Shown one piece after another: positions 1-10,917 of a stretch of DNA of 16,461 bases (the stretch's first letter is position 1; every line of letters begins with the position of its first letter). The DNA comes from Ginkgo biloba (Eukaryota; Plantae; Ginkgophyta), in NCBI GenBank assembly GCA_024626585.2, contig JANKJI020000002.1:57206695-57223155 (forward strand), written 5' to 3'. Position numbers and translations under genes: made by a program. The notes below the pieces were generated by a model, which was given only the letters and a program-made list of their open reading frames with translations, made no database searches and had not been told where the DNA came from.

Positions 1-1180
1 TTAACTTACTGTTGTATTCTCTCACCCTCTGTTCCTTGTCTTGTTGCAAGTTGTAAATCTGGTTAATGACCTCACTATCATTCTGTAGCAACTGAAGTTA
101 TTTCATTGATACCTCATACAATGCCAACCATGATGTGAAATGCTCTTTGATAGACTTCTTGTACCAATCATTTGCCTCTCCTTGCAATGTGGTTAGAAAA
201 GTGCACAGTCACTCAGCCTCATCTTTGACACCATTCACTATCCATATTGTTTCACAAATATTGCAATGGCTTCCTAGGTCTTAATTTTCTCCCCAATTGC
301 TACCTATCAAACACCCTTGTTGGGACCCAAATCCACTTTATAGGTTGCTACCCCAACTAGACTGCCTTGCTGCCATGATTGAGCAACTTTTTGTATCGAC
401 TCTTGGGGCCACAACCACAACTTTCTCTACTGATAGACTCTGTTGTATTGGGCTCTTGTTAGAATGTCTCCTTTGGTCTTAGCTCCTCCTTTGCAAGTCT
501 CCTTCATAGGGTTTACATTGCCCATATACTATTCTTTGACTTTGACAACGCATCTTCCCAACTTGAGCGTGCAAGACTTTCATCAACATTTTCGGCAGAA
601 GGTTGAACATACTCATCATGTTGCAATGGCAACTTGGGACTAGATGCTGTTAGTTTTGAGCCACAATATGGGTAGAATACTGGAGTGTTTGCTTCCCCTA
701 AGAAGTAGGCAAATGGAGAATCAATCCCAGGGGGACGATGCAGATAATAGGTAACCCCCCACATGAGATTACTTGCACTAGGCATGAAGCTCTCGGATCA
801 TTAGATGGTATAACAATGAAGAAGCACTCCACATCTTCAGTATAGAAATGTTCCTCCAAAAGATCCATGGGAAATGTGCGTGTTGTCTACTTCTTGAAGA
901 AGATAGGAATGCACTAACTTGCTCCCACTACCAAGCAATGGCTGCTTCCTTTTCCTGGTAGCAATTATCTTCGTATTGAGGTGGAAGTGGCAATCCCATA
1001 ACTGAAATGTCCTCTAATATCCAAGTCTCGATCCCGAATTCTGTAACCAAAGGGGATTGGACAAGGTCGGGCCATTCTAGAGTAGTAGTGGCATTAGATG
1101 TTGATCTAATTATTGAGTAATTTGAGTTGCAGGTTTTGATTAATATCAGGACAAGGAACATAAAGAGAGAATCTATCAAC
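1..1180 (-). mobile_element. Degenerate Ty3/gypsy LTR-retrotransposon gag remnant (Retrotrans_gag core at ~1-295), runs off the left window edge
   Basis: Manual minus-strand translation of 295->1 gives DLGSHCNICETIWIVNGVKDEAE*LCTFLTTLQGEANDWYKKSIKEHFTSWLALYEV...INQIYNLQQ...(frameshift)RVREYNSKL. This fits the gypsy capsid pattern F-x-x-T-L-x-G-x-A-x-x-W-Y...SW..L...L.Q....V.EY. It has in-frame stops and a frameshift. The extent from 300 to 1180 is inferred as the low-conservation Gag N-terminus. Confidence 0.75.
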
Positions 1181-1279
1181 TAAATGCATAAATGATGGTC
1201 ATATTTTGCAAAATGACGAGTAATAGATGACCATGGGTATGTGTATCCTTAGGCCAATCCACCATGTCGTGTTCCAAAA

Positions 1280-1479
1280 TGAAGAAGGGGTCCTTATATG
1301 AAGATAAACTACAATGTTCTAACTATTACATTTAGTTACAACTATTGGTACCACCCAACTACTAACTACCTAATACAATTCGTGTATATATGTAAGTCCT
1401 AAGTTAGTGCAAGCCATATACTCGGGCAAGTGATCCACTCGTACAATTCTAAAGATTGTGCAAGTCCTAAGTTTTAACA
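1280..1479 (-). repeat. Candidate short (~200 bp) 5' LTR of the gypsy remnant, with a possible PBS at ~1259-1276
   Basis: On the minus strand it reads TGTTAAAAC...CCCCTTCTTCA (TG..CA ends), contains TATATA, and is followed by TTTTGGAACACGACATGGTGG, a TGG-initiated PBS-like tract just upstream of gag. No second LTR is present in the window to confirm it. Confidence 0.3.
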
Positions 1480-1813
1480 AGTCTTAGATAATTCTAAAAT
1501 TACATTAAATAACTACTAACAATATGTAATATTTCCTATGAAGTATATTTTTTTTGAGAATTGTTACTTTTCATGTGCAAAAGGATTATTTTATATTGNN
1601 NNNNNNNNNNNNNNNNNNNNNNNNNNNNNNNNNNNNNNNNNNNNNNNNNNNNNNNNNNNNNNNNNNNNNNNNNNNNNNNNNNNNNNNNNNNNNNNNNNGG
1701 GAAACGTTTCCTAGCCGTACCGCTCTTGCTCCCAGGCCAAATCTATACCCGAAGCGATTCAGGTCCGAGATACGGGACTCTCGGGGCAAATCCTGGTAAC
1801 TCAGTCGCCGACA

Positions 1814-3109
1814 TTAACATGATGGGAATTTCTTCTTCTGCAATCTGATCAGATTGTTGTTCTTCTTCAATCCATGGCTATTGCTTCTTCACTTTCCTCT
1901 TTGTTCTTTTCTTCTTTCATCATTGTAAAAGCATGAACTTGTCTTCGGGANNNNNNNNNNNNNNNNNNNNNNNNNNNNNNNNNNNNNNNNNNNNNNNNNN
2001 NNNATAATCCCTGCTTTTTGAGCTTCTCTATGTGACTGCGATATGGATAGGTTTCGATTTTTCCTTAAGCTAGTTGGAAAACACCTCTATTGACTTGAGA
2101 TTTAGGAAGAAATTGTGTAGAAATCTTGCAAGTTTGCCAAAATTCGCTTCTCCAACCCAAGTTTTGCTCAAAGGTGGTTGTTGTATACTTCTTCGTCTAA
2201 TGTAATACGTTTTCTTCATAGGCTAAAGCCTTGTTTATAACTTCCTCGAGACTAACCAGAGCATGAGCTTTGATACTACCTCTTATAGATTCTTTCAAGC
2301 CATGTAGGAACAGGGAGACTTGTTGAGATCTACTCAAGCCATGCACTAGAACTACTAGCCTAAAAAATAAGCTACATGATCTTTTACTGAGTTCATTTGC
2401 TTAAGATTTTTGAGTTCCGCAATGTAGTCGTTTGCATTTTTTGTGTCAAACATAGCGAGGAATTCCAAAGAGAATTCTTCCCACGATACAGTCTTGAGCC
2501 TTTTGCCTTCTTAGATATCCATGTTCACATGATGCCACCAATTATACGTTGTCTCCTCGAGATGTAAGATTCTAGTCTAAATTCTGTTATCATCATTTGT
2601 GGGATGGATGCGGAAGTACTGATTAAGCTTTTGACTATAGATAGATGCTCACATTCCATTGCTTCTCCTATGAAGTTTAGGTACCTCAAATTTAGGCATT
2701 AGTGGTTACTGCTCCATAAGCCTTTATATATTCCTTTGTCTCTGAAGCTCACAAAAATCCCAAAAGGGTAAGGTTCCCCTTCAAGCAGCATAAAGGTTGT
2801 TGGTTGTCCATAAAAGTTGCATAAGGCTGTCCATATTCGTGGTTAGTGTGTTCTCCTGACTCCTCCCTTGATGGGGATCTAGGTTGAAGTCCCTAGGAAC
2901 TCTCTATTCCCTTCGTCTAATCCTCCCAAGGGGAGTACCCCTACTAGTATTGTCATTAGCAAAAGGGTTATCAAACCTATGTGCAGATTCTTGACTGTTA
3001 TCCTCTTGTCTTGCTTGATTTCCTAGCAGTGCATTCCTTGGGAAAGTTCCTTCAAGGCACGCCCCACCCTTTGTGTCATGTCGCTGAAAGGCCTAAGATT
3101 CAAGCTTGC
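1814..3109 (-). mobile_element. Degenerate Ty3/gypsy chromovirus-type (Reina-like) gag remnant
   Basis: Minus-strand translation from 2699 gives MPKFEVPKL...QKLNQYFRIHP...LHLEETTYNWWHH...VSWEEFSLEFLAMFD...IAELKNLKQMNSVKDH..(fs)RLVVLVHGLSRSQQVSLFLHGLKESIRGSIKAHALVSLEEVINKALAYEE. This is followed by HIEKLKKQGL at the 2004 gap edge, where the GLC-x2-C zinc knuckle would begin, and then an acidic pre-protease linker. Multiple stops are present. Confidence 0.8.
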
Positions 3110-3209
3110 NNNNNNNNNNNNNNNNNNNNNNNNNNNNNNNNNNNNNNNNNNNNNNNNNNNNNNNNNNNNNNNNNNNNNNNNNNNNNNNNNNNNNNNNNNN
3201 NNNNNNNNN

Positions 3210-4909
3210 TAGAGGACCCCCCACAAAGAATCGTATCACATGGTATGTGGTCGATTCATCGAAGCTTTAGGAGTGGCGGACTCATCTTCCTAAGGAAAGC
3301 CACATGCTAAAAGCATTGGATGATGTCAGAGTATCACAAAGTTTCACAATGCCAAATCTAGAGAAGATCCAAGAGGTGCTAGAAAAGCTAGCATGAAATT
3401 ATGATCCTCAAGCGAAAGTATCATGGATATGTGGAGTAAAGATTTCATACGAACCAACAAATTTTGCATGTCTACTAGCACTTACTAATTAGAGGGAGGA
3501 GGTCTCCTGGCCGAGAGTGACATCAACACAAAAGAAGTGGATTTAGACATTATGCACGACAGACAACTCAAAGGAGACACCGCATGGAGACAAATTATTA
3601 TGCCTTCGGATTAGCAAGGTAGCAGTGTTGCTTTGAATGGAGTCTCCAACCTTTAGATAGAAAAGCTTTGAATGGTCGCAACTTTATTATGCTTCAAATT
3701 AGCAGGGTACCAATGTTGCAATGACCTCCCTATGTGGTCGGTTCCATACCTAGAAGGTCTTTTGCATGGGAGAAAAATAGTTTGTGTCAATTCTTGTCGG
3801 AGAAGTTGCACCGAGTATTCCGTATATTGACATCAAAGGCATCCTGTAAGTTTAATTTATCACTCTTTCTCATGGGATTCTCCTATGATGCAGTGGAAAA
3901 TAGGTCGAGGCAATGTAATTAGGTATCCCATCTATAATGAGATGGCGAGAGCATATGATGGAATAACTAGGTAGAAAGGGGAAGAAACCCATATTTGAGC
4001 AAGAACTTGAAGATAACAACAGTATAATAGATCCCACAAAAGAAGAGGAGTTGGAGGGCACTAAAGGCTCTGACAAAGTGCAGGAGTTTATTACCGACCC
4101 CACCTAACCGCGAAAGATGGGAGAATGTTGTCCATTAAAGAAGGTTGAAGGTGAGGAGAAGAAATAGTGGGAAAAGACCTTGTTACTTTGCCAAATGAAC
4201 AAGATGCAGAGTAAGAAATGTTTGTGGGAGGCGACCCTGATGCCGAAGCAAAAGCCTTCCTAAAGGCCAACGTAGCAGAGGACTCACTAGAAATGCTAGA
4301 TGAATTTCTTGATAAGATCCAGGAACCAAACATAGAAACTATTCTTGGAGAGGAAGAAACCCTTGTTCTCTCCATCTTTAAGGAAAGCTATGACTTGAAC
4401 GCCAAAGCTAATTATAGAGGAGAGGAGGAGGACAAGGAGGGGGAGGAAGATGAATTAGAAAAAAGTAAGGAGTGGCGAACATCATATTGCAGTGGGATAG
4501 AATATAGCCGCTTACTAAGTCTCACATTGTAGCTAATGGATGGGTGACCCCATTAGTATGGTGACGGGTTAATTAATCAAATCATGGAAGGACTCTGACA
4601 AGCATTATAGGCTACAAATAGACTATGAGAAATTCCCTCGTAGGATCCCAGAGCTTGGTTGCTCACTTGGGAGATCAAAGCGGCATTTAATGAATGCCAA
4701 CTGGGACGAAGTGGGCAAATGTTGAATAAAGTTGAGGAGGATCTGAAAGAGTGGGCCTCCAATGTTAGATGAGTGGACTTCAGAGGATAGATTGAATAGA
4801 CAACATTGGAGGAAGCAGACCAATATACGAGACCCTTGGTGCAAAAAATTCGTTGGGCATCATTAGAAGGAAATATTTGATACATAGCGCGGGTTGTGGA
4901 AGCACAACA
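3210..4909 (+). pseudogene. Decayed long ORF of uncertain family, probably an LTR-retrotransposon accessory (env-like/extra) ORF
   Basis: A plus frame reads through scattered stops: EWRTHLPKESHMLKALDDVRVSQSFTMPNLEKIQEVLEKLA*NYDPQAKVSWICGVKISYEPTNFACLLAL..., later FLSEKLHRVFRIL. It continues as an acidic, purine-rich tract (ORF 4218-4532, EEEDKEGEEDELEK) and a coiled-coil-like tail. No Gag, PR, RT, RH or IN motif was recognised. The family assignment is by recalled architecture only. Confidence 0.35.
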
Positions 4910-5833
4910 NNNNNNNNNNNNNNNNNNNNNNNNNNNNNNNNNNNNNNNNNNNNNNNNNNNNNNNNNNNNNNNNNNNNNNNNNNNNNNNNNNNNNNNNNNN
5001 NNNNNNNNNNNNNNNNNNNNNNNNNNNNNNNNNNNNNNNNNNNNNNNNNNNNNNNNNNNNNNNNNNNNNNNNNNNNNNNNNNNNNNNNNNNNNNNNNNNN
5101 NNNNNNNNNNNNNNNNNNNNNNNNNNNNNNNNNNNNNNNNNNNNNNNNNNNNNNNNNNNNNNNNNNNNNNNNNNNNNNNNNNNNNNNNNNNNNNNNNNNN
5201 NNNNNNNNNNNNNNNNNNNNNNNNNNNNNNNNNNNNNNNNNNNNNNNNNNNNNNNNNNNNNNNNNNNNNNNNNNNNNNNNNNNNNNNNNNNNNNNNNNNN
5301 NNNNNNNNNNNNNNNNNNNNNNNNNNNNNNNNNNNNNNNNNNNNNNNNNNNNNNNNNNNNNNNNNNNNNNNNNNNNNNNNNNNNNNNNNNNNNNNNNNNN
5401 NNNNNNNNNNNNNNNNNNNNNNNNNNNNNNNNNNNNNNNNNNNNNNNNNNNNNNNNNNNNNNNNNNNNNNNNNNNNNNNNNNNNNNNNNNNNNNNNNNNN
5501 NNNNNNNNNNNNNNNNNNNNNNNNNNNNNNNNNNNNNNNNNNNNNNNNNNNNNNNNNNNNNNNNNNNNNNNNNNNNNNNNNNNNNNNNNNNNNNNNNNNN
5601 NNNNNNNNNNNNNNNNNNNNNNNNNNNNNNNNNNNNNNNNNNNNNNNNNNNNNNNNNNNNNNNNNNNNNNNNNNNNNNNNNNNNNNNNNNNNNNNNNNNN
5701 NNNNNNNNNNNNNNNNNNNNNNNNNNNNNNNNNNNNNNNNNNNNNNNNNNNNNNNNNNNNNNNNNNNNNNNNNNNNNNNNNNNNNNNNNNNNNNNNNNNN
5801 NNNNNNNNNNNNNNNNNNNNNNNNNNNNNNNNN
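4910..5833. other. Largest assembly gap (924 N). Other N-runs: 1599-1698, 1951-2003, 3110-3209, 8102-8201, 9564-9663, 9894-9939, 10969-11068, 11669-11735, 11967-12025, 14369-14405, 16108-16218
   Basis: Seen directly in the sequence. Confidence 0.97.
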
Positions 5834-6195
5834 TCCCCTTGTACGTTCTTTTCCCTAATTAATGTGAAACTTTTGTTATTGCCAATCTCTATTGCCCATC
5901 TTTGATGTCATAGTTCTTTTTGTGATTTCTCTGGTGTACATAAAATGGTATTCGATATTTCTTCAATCTTTCTGTTCATTTAGGTTTGTAACTTGGAATT
6001 TGTACTCAACATTAGTCGTTCTGACTTCCCAGTTATCGGTCGTTTCACCTTTCCAATTATTAGTCACTAGCCAGTCTGAACGAAACGAGTGAATTCAACA
6101 AAATAATAACTTAGATTTCTAGCACCAACAAATAAAAAATTTGGTCTCCATTGGCCTTATTCTCTTTTTCCCAAAAGATTTTATGAGGGTTCTAA

Positions 6196-6760
6196 TAGCT
6201 TGACTGGCTTTGCATTTGGTATGAGCTCAATTTGATGCTTACGAAACTCATGGAGGAAACCTTTCAAATCATTGTACGTCCACGCAAAGGCATCCTTTTA
6301 TTCCTAAAATATGTTTAATGCTATTGTTATAAGTGCTAGATCCTACAAGCTTCCTATGACGATCTTCTGGCGTTGCCATTTTGTGCCTAGATTGGCTTCC
6401 ATTATTGTCGGGCCTCTGTACTGTACCTTTGCTTTACTATGAAATCCATGAGTTGATGCCACTTCCATTCCTACCTTCTCATACTTAAGTTTTTGTTTTT
6501 TTTGTATTGATGAAGAAAAGCTATTTACATTCGAATCCCATAGAATCTATGTGTCCATACATCATAAAACTGCCCATTGGGCAACATAAAGTAGTCAAAA
6601 CTACCCATAGGGATACATCATCATTTGGCACAGATATAGTTGGAGCGTCACCCCAACCCTTGGAATATCTGTCTTTGTGAAGAAACATCCCAACTTAAAG
6701 AAAGTCTTGGTCCATTTGTACTTGATCCTTCATCACAAAAGTTGATTGTTCGATTTAGTC
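6196..6760 (-). mobile_element. Ty3/gypsy (Tat/Ogre-like) pol fragment: linker and region immediately N-terminal to RT
   Basis: Minus translation gives MEANLGTKWQRQKIVIG...IF*E*KDAFAWTYNDLKGFLHEFRKHQIELIPNAKPVKL. This matches the Tat-clade signature EY-D-FAW-Y-DL-G....H-I-L-P-AKPV-Q. Homology stops at ~6196, and the right-hand boundary is approximate. Confidence 0.75.
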
Positions 6761-6789
6761 CTCAAGGTCCCTTGCTTGTTTTCCTTTTT

Positions 6790-7900
6790 TTCGACTTTTG
6801 AAGTCTTACTCCTGGTTCTAATTTCTTTGAAACTATTTATTGCTTCACATTTGTTAGATTTCTTTTTTTCCTCTTTTTTTCAACTATCTATTGGCCACTT
6901 TTCTTTTGAATAATGAATTGCAGAAACCCCCCGGTCAATTTATGTTATCAAGAACTTTTCCCCTACTTTTTCAACTGAATTTAAATTTCTTTCAACTACT
7001 GGAGAGATAGTTATCTGTTCTAGGCTATCACTTATTTTCTCTTCCTCGTCTATTCTACGTGTACCATCATTAGGCTTTATTAAGTTGTCTTCTACATTAA
7101 TTTCTTGGGAGATTTCTTTAGATTGGGAAGACAATTTTTCAAAATAGGAATAAGCGGGGGAAAATTGGTTTCATCAAGTGGGGGGTTTCTTACTTTTGGC
7201 CAATTATTTTTTATGTGCCCCATTGCTTACAAAAGAAACACCCATCTAACCCTCCCAGAACTACTAGATTAAAATATTTCATTTTCAGATCAATAGAGTC
7301 CTGTATTTTTGTTAGCTATTTATTTTGGCTAGGAGCAAGCAGGAACCTTACATTGGATGTATTGACTATCTTGTTTGTGTGTTCAACTTTCAGAACTACA
7401 CCAAGGTCATGCATTATATCTGGGATAAATTTCCAGAGGGCAGGGTCAAGTCCTTTAATTTCCATCCATCTAACCTTAGAGTTTTTCTTTAAAGAGGCCA
7501 CATCAACATTCAGAGCCCAGGGAACAACTTTTATTAAAGAATTCCCACAATACCACATATGTTTGTCAAGAATCCACTTGGCCATGCTAGGTTCTTGAAA
7601 GAAAATCATAAAAACTCCATTTCCCACGTACCGAAAGGAGTCAAACAAAATATTGTTTTTTTTTCCAATTTTTATCAACCCACTCTACTAGGAAACCTCT
7701 GTTTGGGATGGCGCCGAAGGAGACTAAAAACAGGCCAAGTGATTGCAAAAGAGATTCTTCTGCCAAAACCTCATTTTCATCAAATGAAGTGTTTAGAGGA
7801 ACTCACCTTGATCGGTCGACCCCTTCTCCATGGTATTGAGCCCTTCCCCCTCCAAGGTCTCGAGTCTCTTTGCATCCTCCTATCAAATCATGATTACTTT
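6790..7900 (-). mobile_element. L1-type LINE ORF1 remnant (DUF4283/RRM-like domain plus degenerate CCHC zinc knuckle)
   Basis: ORF 7316-7678 contains GNGVFMIFF...ILDKHMWYCGNSLIKVVPWALN...RWMEIKGLDPALW...LGVVLKVE, typical of plant L1 ORF1. It is followed at ~7195-7240 by GLDGCFFCKQ(1-nt frameshift)MGHIKNNWP, a CX2CX4HX4C knuckle with the last Cys changed to Trp. A disordered E/K/S-rich linker follows (ORF 6940-7134). Confidence 0.8.
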
Positions 7901-9205
7901 TAACGAGTATTCTAATTAAAGGCATGTCTCATTATGCTGGAATATCATCGTACATGTCATATGTGTGATATGATTATGTATTCCAAAATCTCCCCTACAT
8001 TATTTGACCCTTGGATGTAGAATTACTTCCACGTAATTGGGGTCGTGGCGTATGTTAAGACATGGGCGGGTGATTTGGCTTCTCTGTTGGCGATAGTTTG
8101 TNNNNNNNNNNNNNNNNNNNNNNNNNNNNNNNNNNNNNNNNNNNNNNNNNNNNNNNNNNNNNNNNNNNNNNNNNNNNNNNNNNNNNNNNNNNNNNNNNNN
8201 NCTGTTACATATACCAAAGATCTATAAAACATAATCGTAAATCGATCCTTATGGCCATTGCCACTTCCACTCAGATTTTTCACCTCCATTTTAAAATAAA
8301 ACCACCACTTCACTGATTTCGGTCACCCACAAAGTTTGCAACGATTCTAAAGGGCCTTCAACAACATATACAGAGATTAACGACTGCAACTCATTACCTG
8401 CCTACTCCTATTCATGTAGGAATGTGATAAAAATAAAGTCGCTACCAATCACCTTTATAGCTGGGCGAATGCTAAGCATGCTGCAAAAATTCCTTATTAT
8501 GCTTCGTATCAAGCTTGCTTCGACCCTCTACAACATAGTTTAAGTCTTTCTTTTCAAGTGCACCCCAAAGTAAATATTGAAATTGGTATAAGGTTGTATT
8601 TTCCAGTGGTGCTCAGCAAACATGCATAACCACCGTCGAAAGTTCTTGGAATCTCATGGCTTCTTAAGTTCTAAAATGGGTATGTGTTAACCCCATTCTC
8701 ATCCTGCAACTAATGCATTCTCTCTGCAATGATCTTGGGGTTCCTACCAAGAAATGCAGTCTTTGGATCTGCCTGCATGTGTCATTTAACCTTCATGAAG
8801 TAGTGTATGGATATTGCCACCATTGTTCTTACAGTGGGTGCACATACAGCTCCCTTGAAACACTACACTAGAGCCCGCCTCCATTATCAGATTTATTCCT
8901 TTTTGACTATTGGTTTTGGTCCCACGGATCCAAGAATCATGAAGTTTCTGGAAGACGATGAGGTCATTTCTTGCCTTACCTTTTTTCATTTTCCAGGCTC
9001 AAACCAGTGCAAATTTTGATGTGATTTCATCAATTACACCCACACTCACATGATGGTATTATTCAATACGGTTTCCTTAGAATTTAACAGATGTAAACAC
9101 ATTTATATATTACATCTAAAAGTATAGCATTCTCTCATCCCACATTGGATACTTAATCTTTAGAAATCGTATACATGGTTCACATGCATGTTAATAGAAT
9201 AATCA

Positions 9206-9337
9206 TGACATGGTGATGATATGGTAGTAGTATCGTAGGACGTATAATGGTGTGGTAGCAACATTATTTGACATATTAATGATGTGGCAACAATATTATA
9301 TGACATAGTAATGATGTGGCAAAATGATATTAACATA
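9206..9337. repeat. Degenerate ~32-bp tandem repeat, 4 copies plus a partial
   Basis: Units start at 9206 (tgacatggtgatgatatggtagtagtatcgta), 9238 (ggacgtataatggtgtggtagcaacattatt), 9269 (tgacatattaatgatgtggcaacaatattata) and 9301 (tgacatagtaatgatgtggcaaaatgatat), followed by a partial taacata. Confidence 0.8.
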
Positions 9338-9663
9338 AAAGTGATTAAGTTTTATATAATACATAAAATAGATTAGGATTTCAACCTTTAGAGAAAATGG
9401 TTGTCTTTTGCTTGACATTAGGTTGAATTAAGGACAAAAAGTAGGTTTTCTAGACAATGTTAACAATCATATTTGAATTCTTAACAAGCTTAACGCAAGT
9501 AAAATCAATAAATAAAGAGCAATATTAGCAATAAATATCAATAGCCTCAATTTAGATGTGAGCNNNNNNNNNNNNNNNNNNNNNNNNNNNNNNNNNNNNN
9601 NNNNNNNNNNNNNNNNNNNNNNNNNNNNNNNNNNNNNNNNNNNNNNNNNNNNNNNNNNNNNNN

Positions 9664-10917
9664 TGTTAATCTGATCTTTTGTCGCATTGCACCAGAAAAA
9701 GGAATTGCACCAGGGGTAGGTAGGAGAAGAGAGCATGCACCAGGGGGGGACTGGATGACCTAGAGAGAGGAAACGTGGTGGGGGCAGGACGTAGGGAGCG
9801 CTCACCCGCACAGACTGAAGAGGGATCTCCTGCATGGAATGGAGAGATCACCAGTATGGAGAGGGACCCGCGCTAGGCAAAGGAGGGGCATGTNNNNNNN
9901 NNNNNNNNNNNNNNNNNNNNNNNNNNNNNNNNNNNNNNNCCAAAGATCTCGAGTGAAGCGCCAGGAGGTGTCACAAGGGACGGCGAGGAAAGGGACACGG
10001 GGAGGAGGAACCAAGGATGCGGGGAGGAACCAGGGACGCGAGTAGGAAGAGAGGAGGGAACTAGAGTCGTAGGGAGGAGGAACTAGGAATGAGAGCGGGG
10101 AGGAGGGAACTAGGAACGAGACACAAGGAGGAGGGAACTAGGGATGTGAGTGCTGGGATAGGGATGCGGGAGGGAACCAAGGATACGAGAGGAGAGGAGG
10201 GAAGAAAAAGCTCTTTAAGGAAAAGGGATAAACATCGCTAGTCTATCAAAGAAATGAAAGTGGAGAGCAATCCCCCTATGCCCTCGAATCTTGTAGAAAA
10301 CGGGTCATGTAAAGATGAAATGCTCATTTGTTTCTACCTCTAATGAACAAAGCCTACAAATGCGTTGGTCTTTAGGCACATGGTATCCGGCTTCTATTCA
10401 GAGTTGATGGTAGCAAACTCTGAACTAGTCAATGGAAAATCGCATGCCTTGTGACATGTGTGGACGCAAGTACCCTAGTGGATCAATGATGCCATCCAGT
10501 AAATAGAGAAAATGCTAAAAGTAGAAGGCTATCTTGGGTTTGAGAGGTCTCGGTGGGGAGATCCCTATGGTTCGGAGATAGGCTTTGTAAATATCCTCCC
10601 AAATGAACTCATTAATCTCCTTTCTAGTGAGCAGGAGATTAGTTGTATCAAGAGAGAATTTGAAGGGAGTACCTTATCAATGGAGATCCCAATCGTTTGG
10701 AGCAAGGATTAAATCTCACTATACCATGCTCATCTTTCATTTGGATCTCTCCTAATCCACTATCATCTATGAAGAGCATAGAGGTAAGGGTATCTACCCC
10801 TCCTAGAGTAAGTGTCTTCCATAGCTTAGACTATGTGAAGACATGTGATTATCCTGAATGTAGTATCTAGGCAATGGGTGTGCAACTCTGCTTGGACAAT
10901 ACTTTATGATGAAATGT
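9664..10917 (-). mobile_element. 5'-truncated RTE/RTEX-like LINE, copy A (post-RT C-terminal region plus probable 3' tail)
   Basis: ~10205-10917 aligns by eye with ~12365-13107 of copy B. Shared strings include agcaaactctgaactag, atcaagagagaatttgaaggga, ctcactataccat and taaagatgaaatgctc. It encodes the decayed C-terminal FRVCYHQL..E....ICRLCSLEVETNEHFIF motif. Inclusion of 9664-10204 as the element's 3' part is inferred from contiguity. Confidence 0.75.
9998..10203 (+). repeat. Purine-rich irregular minisatellite, ~8 copies of core GGAGGAGG(G)AAC(C/T)A(G/A)G
   Basis: Cores occur near 10001, 10023, 10051, 10073, 10099, 10127, 10169 and 10195 (the last is partial), with spacing of about 22-42 bp. 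Confidence 0.8.

Noticed and set aside
4853-5905. Three 320-350 aa ORFs, and other X-containing ORFs in the track
   Set aside because: Artefacts of translating through N-runs.
6679-6710. Plus-strand KKHPNLKKV resembling the missing ATG101 EKHPNKKSQ exon end
   Set aside because: No further ATG101 similarity, and it lies antisense within the gypsy fragment.
7215-7903. Plus-strand ORFs of 127 and 114 aa, and similar short ORFs across the LINE and gag regions
   Set aside because: Antisense or off-frame shadows of TE coding sequence with no recognisable motifs.
9998-10203. Repeat-spacer pattern resembling a CRISPR array
   Set aside because: The repeats are short, degenerate and non-palindromic, the spacers are short and purine-biased, there are no cas genes, and the context is a eukaryotic LINE.
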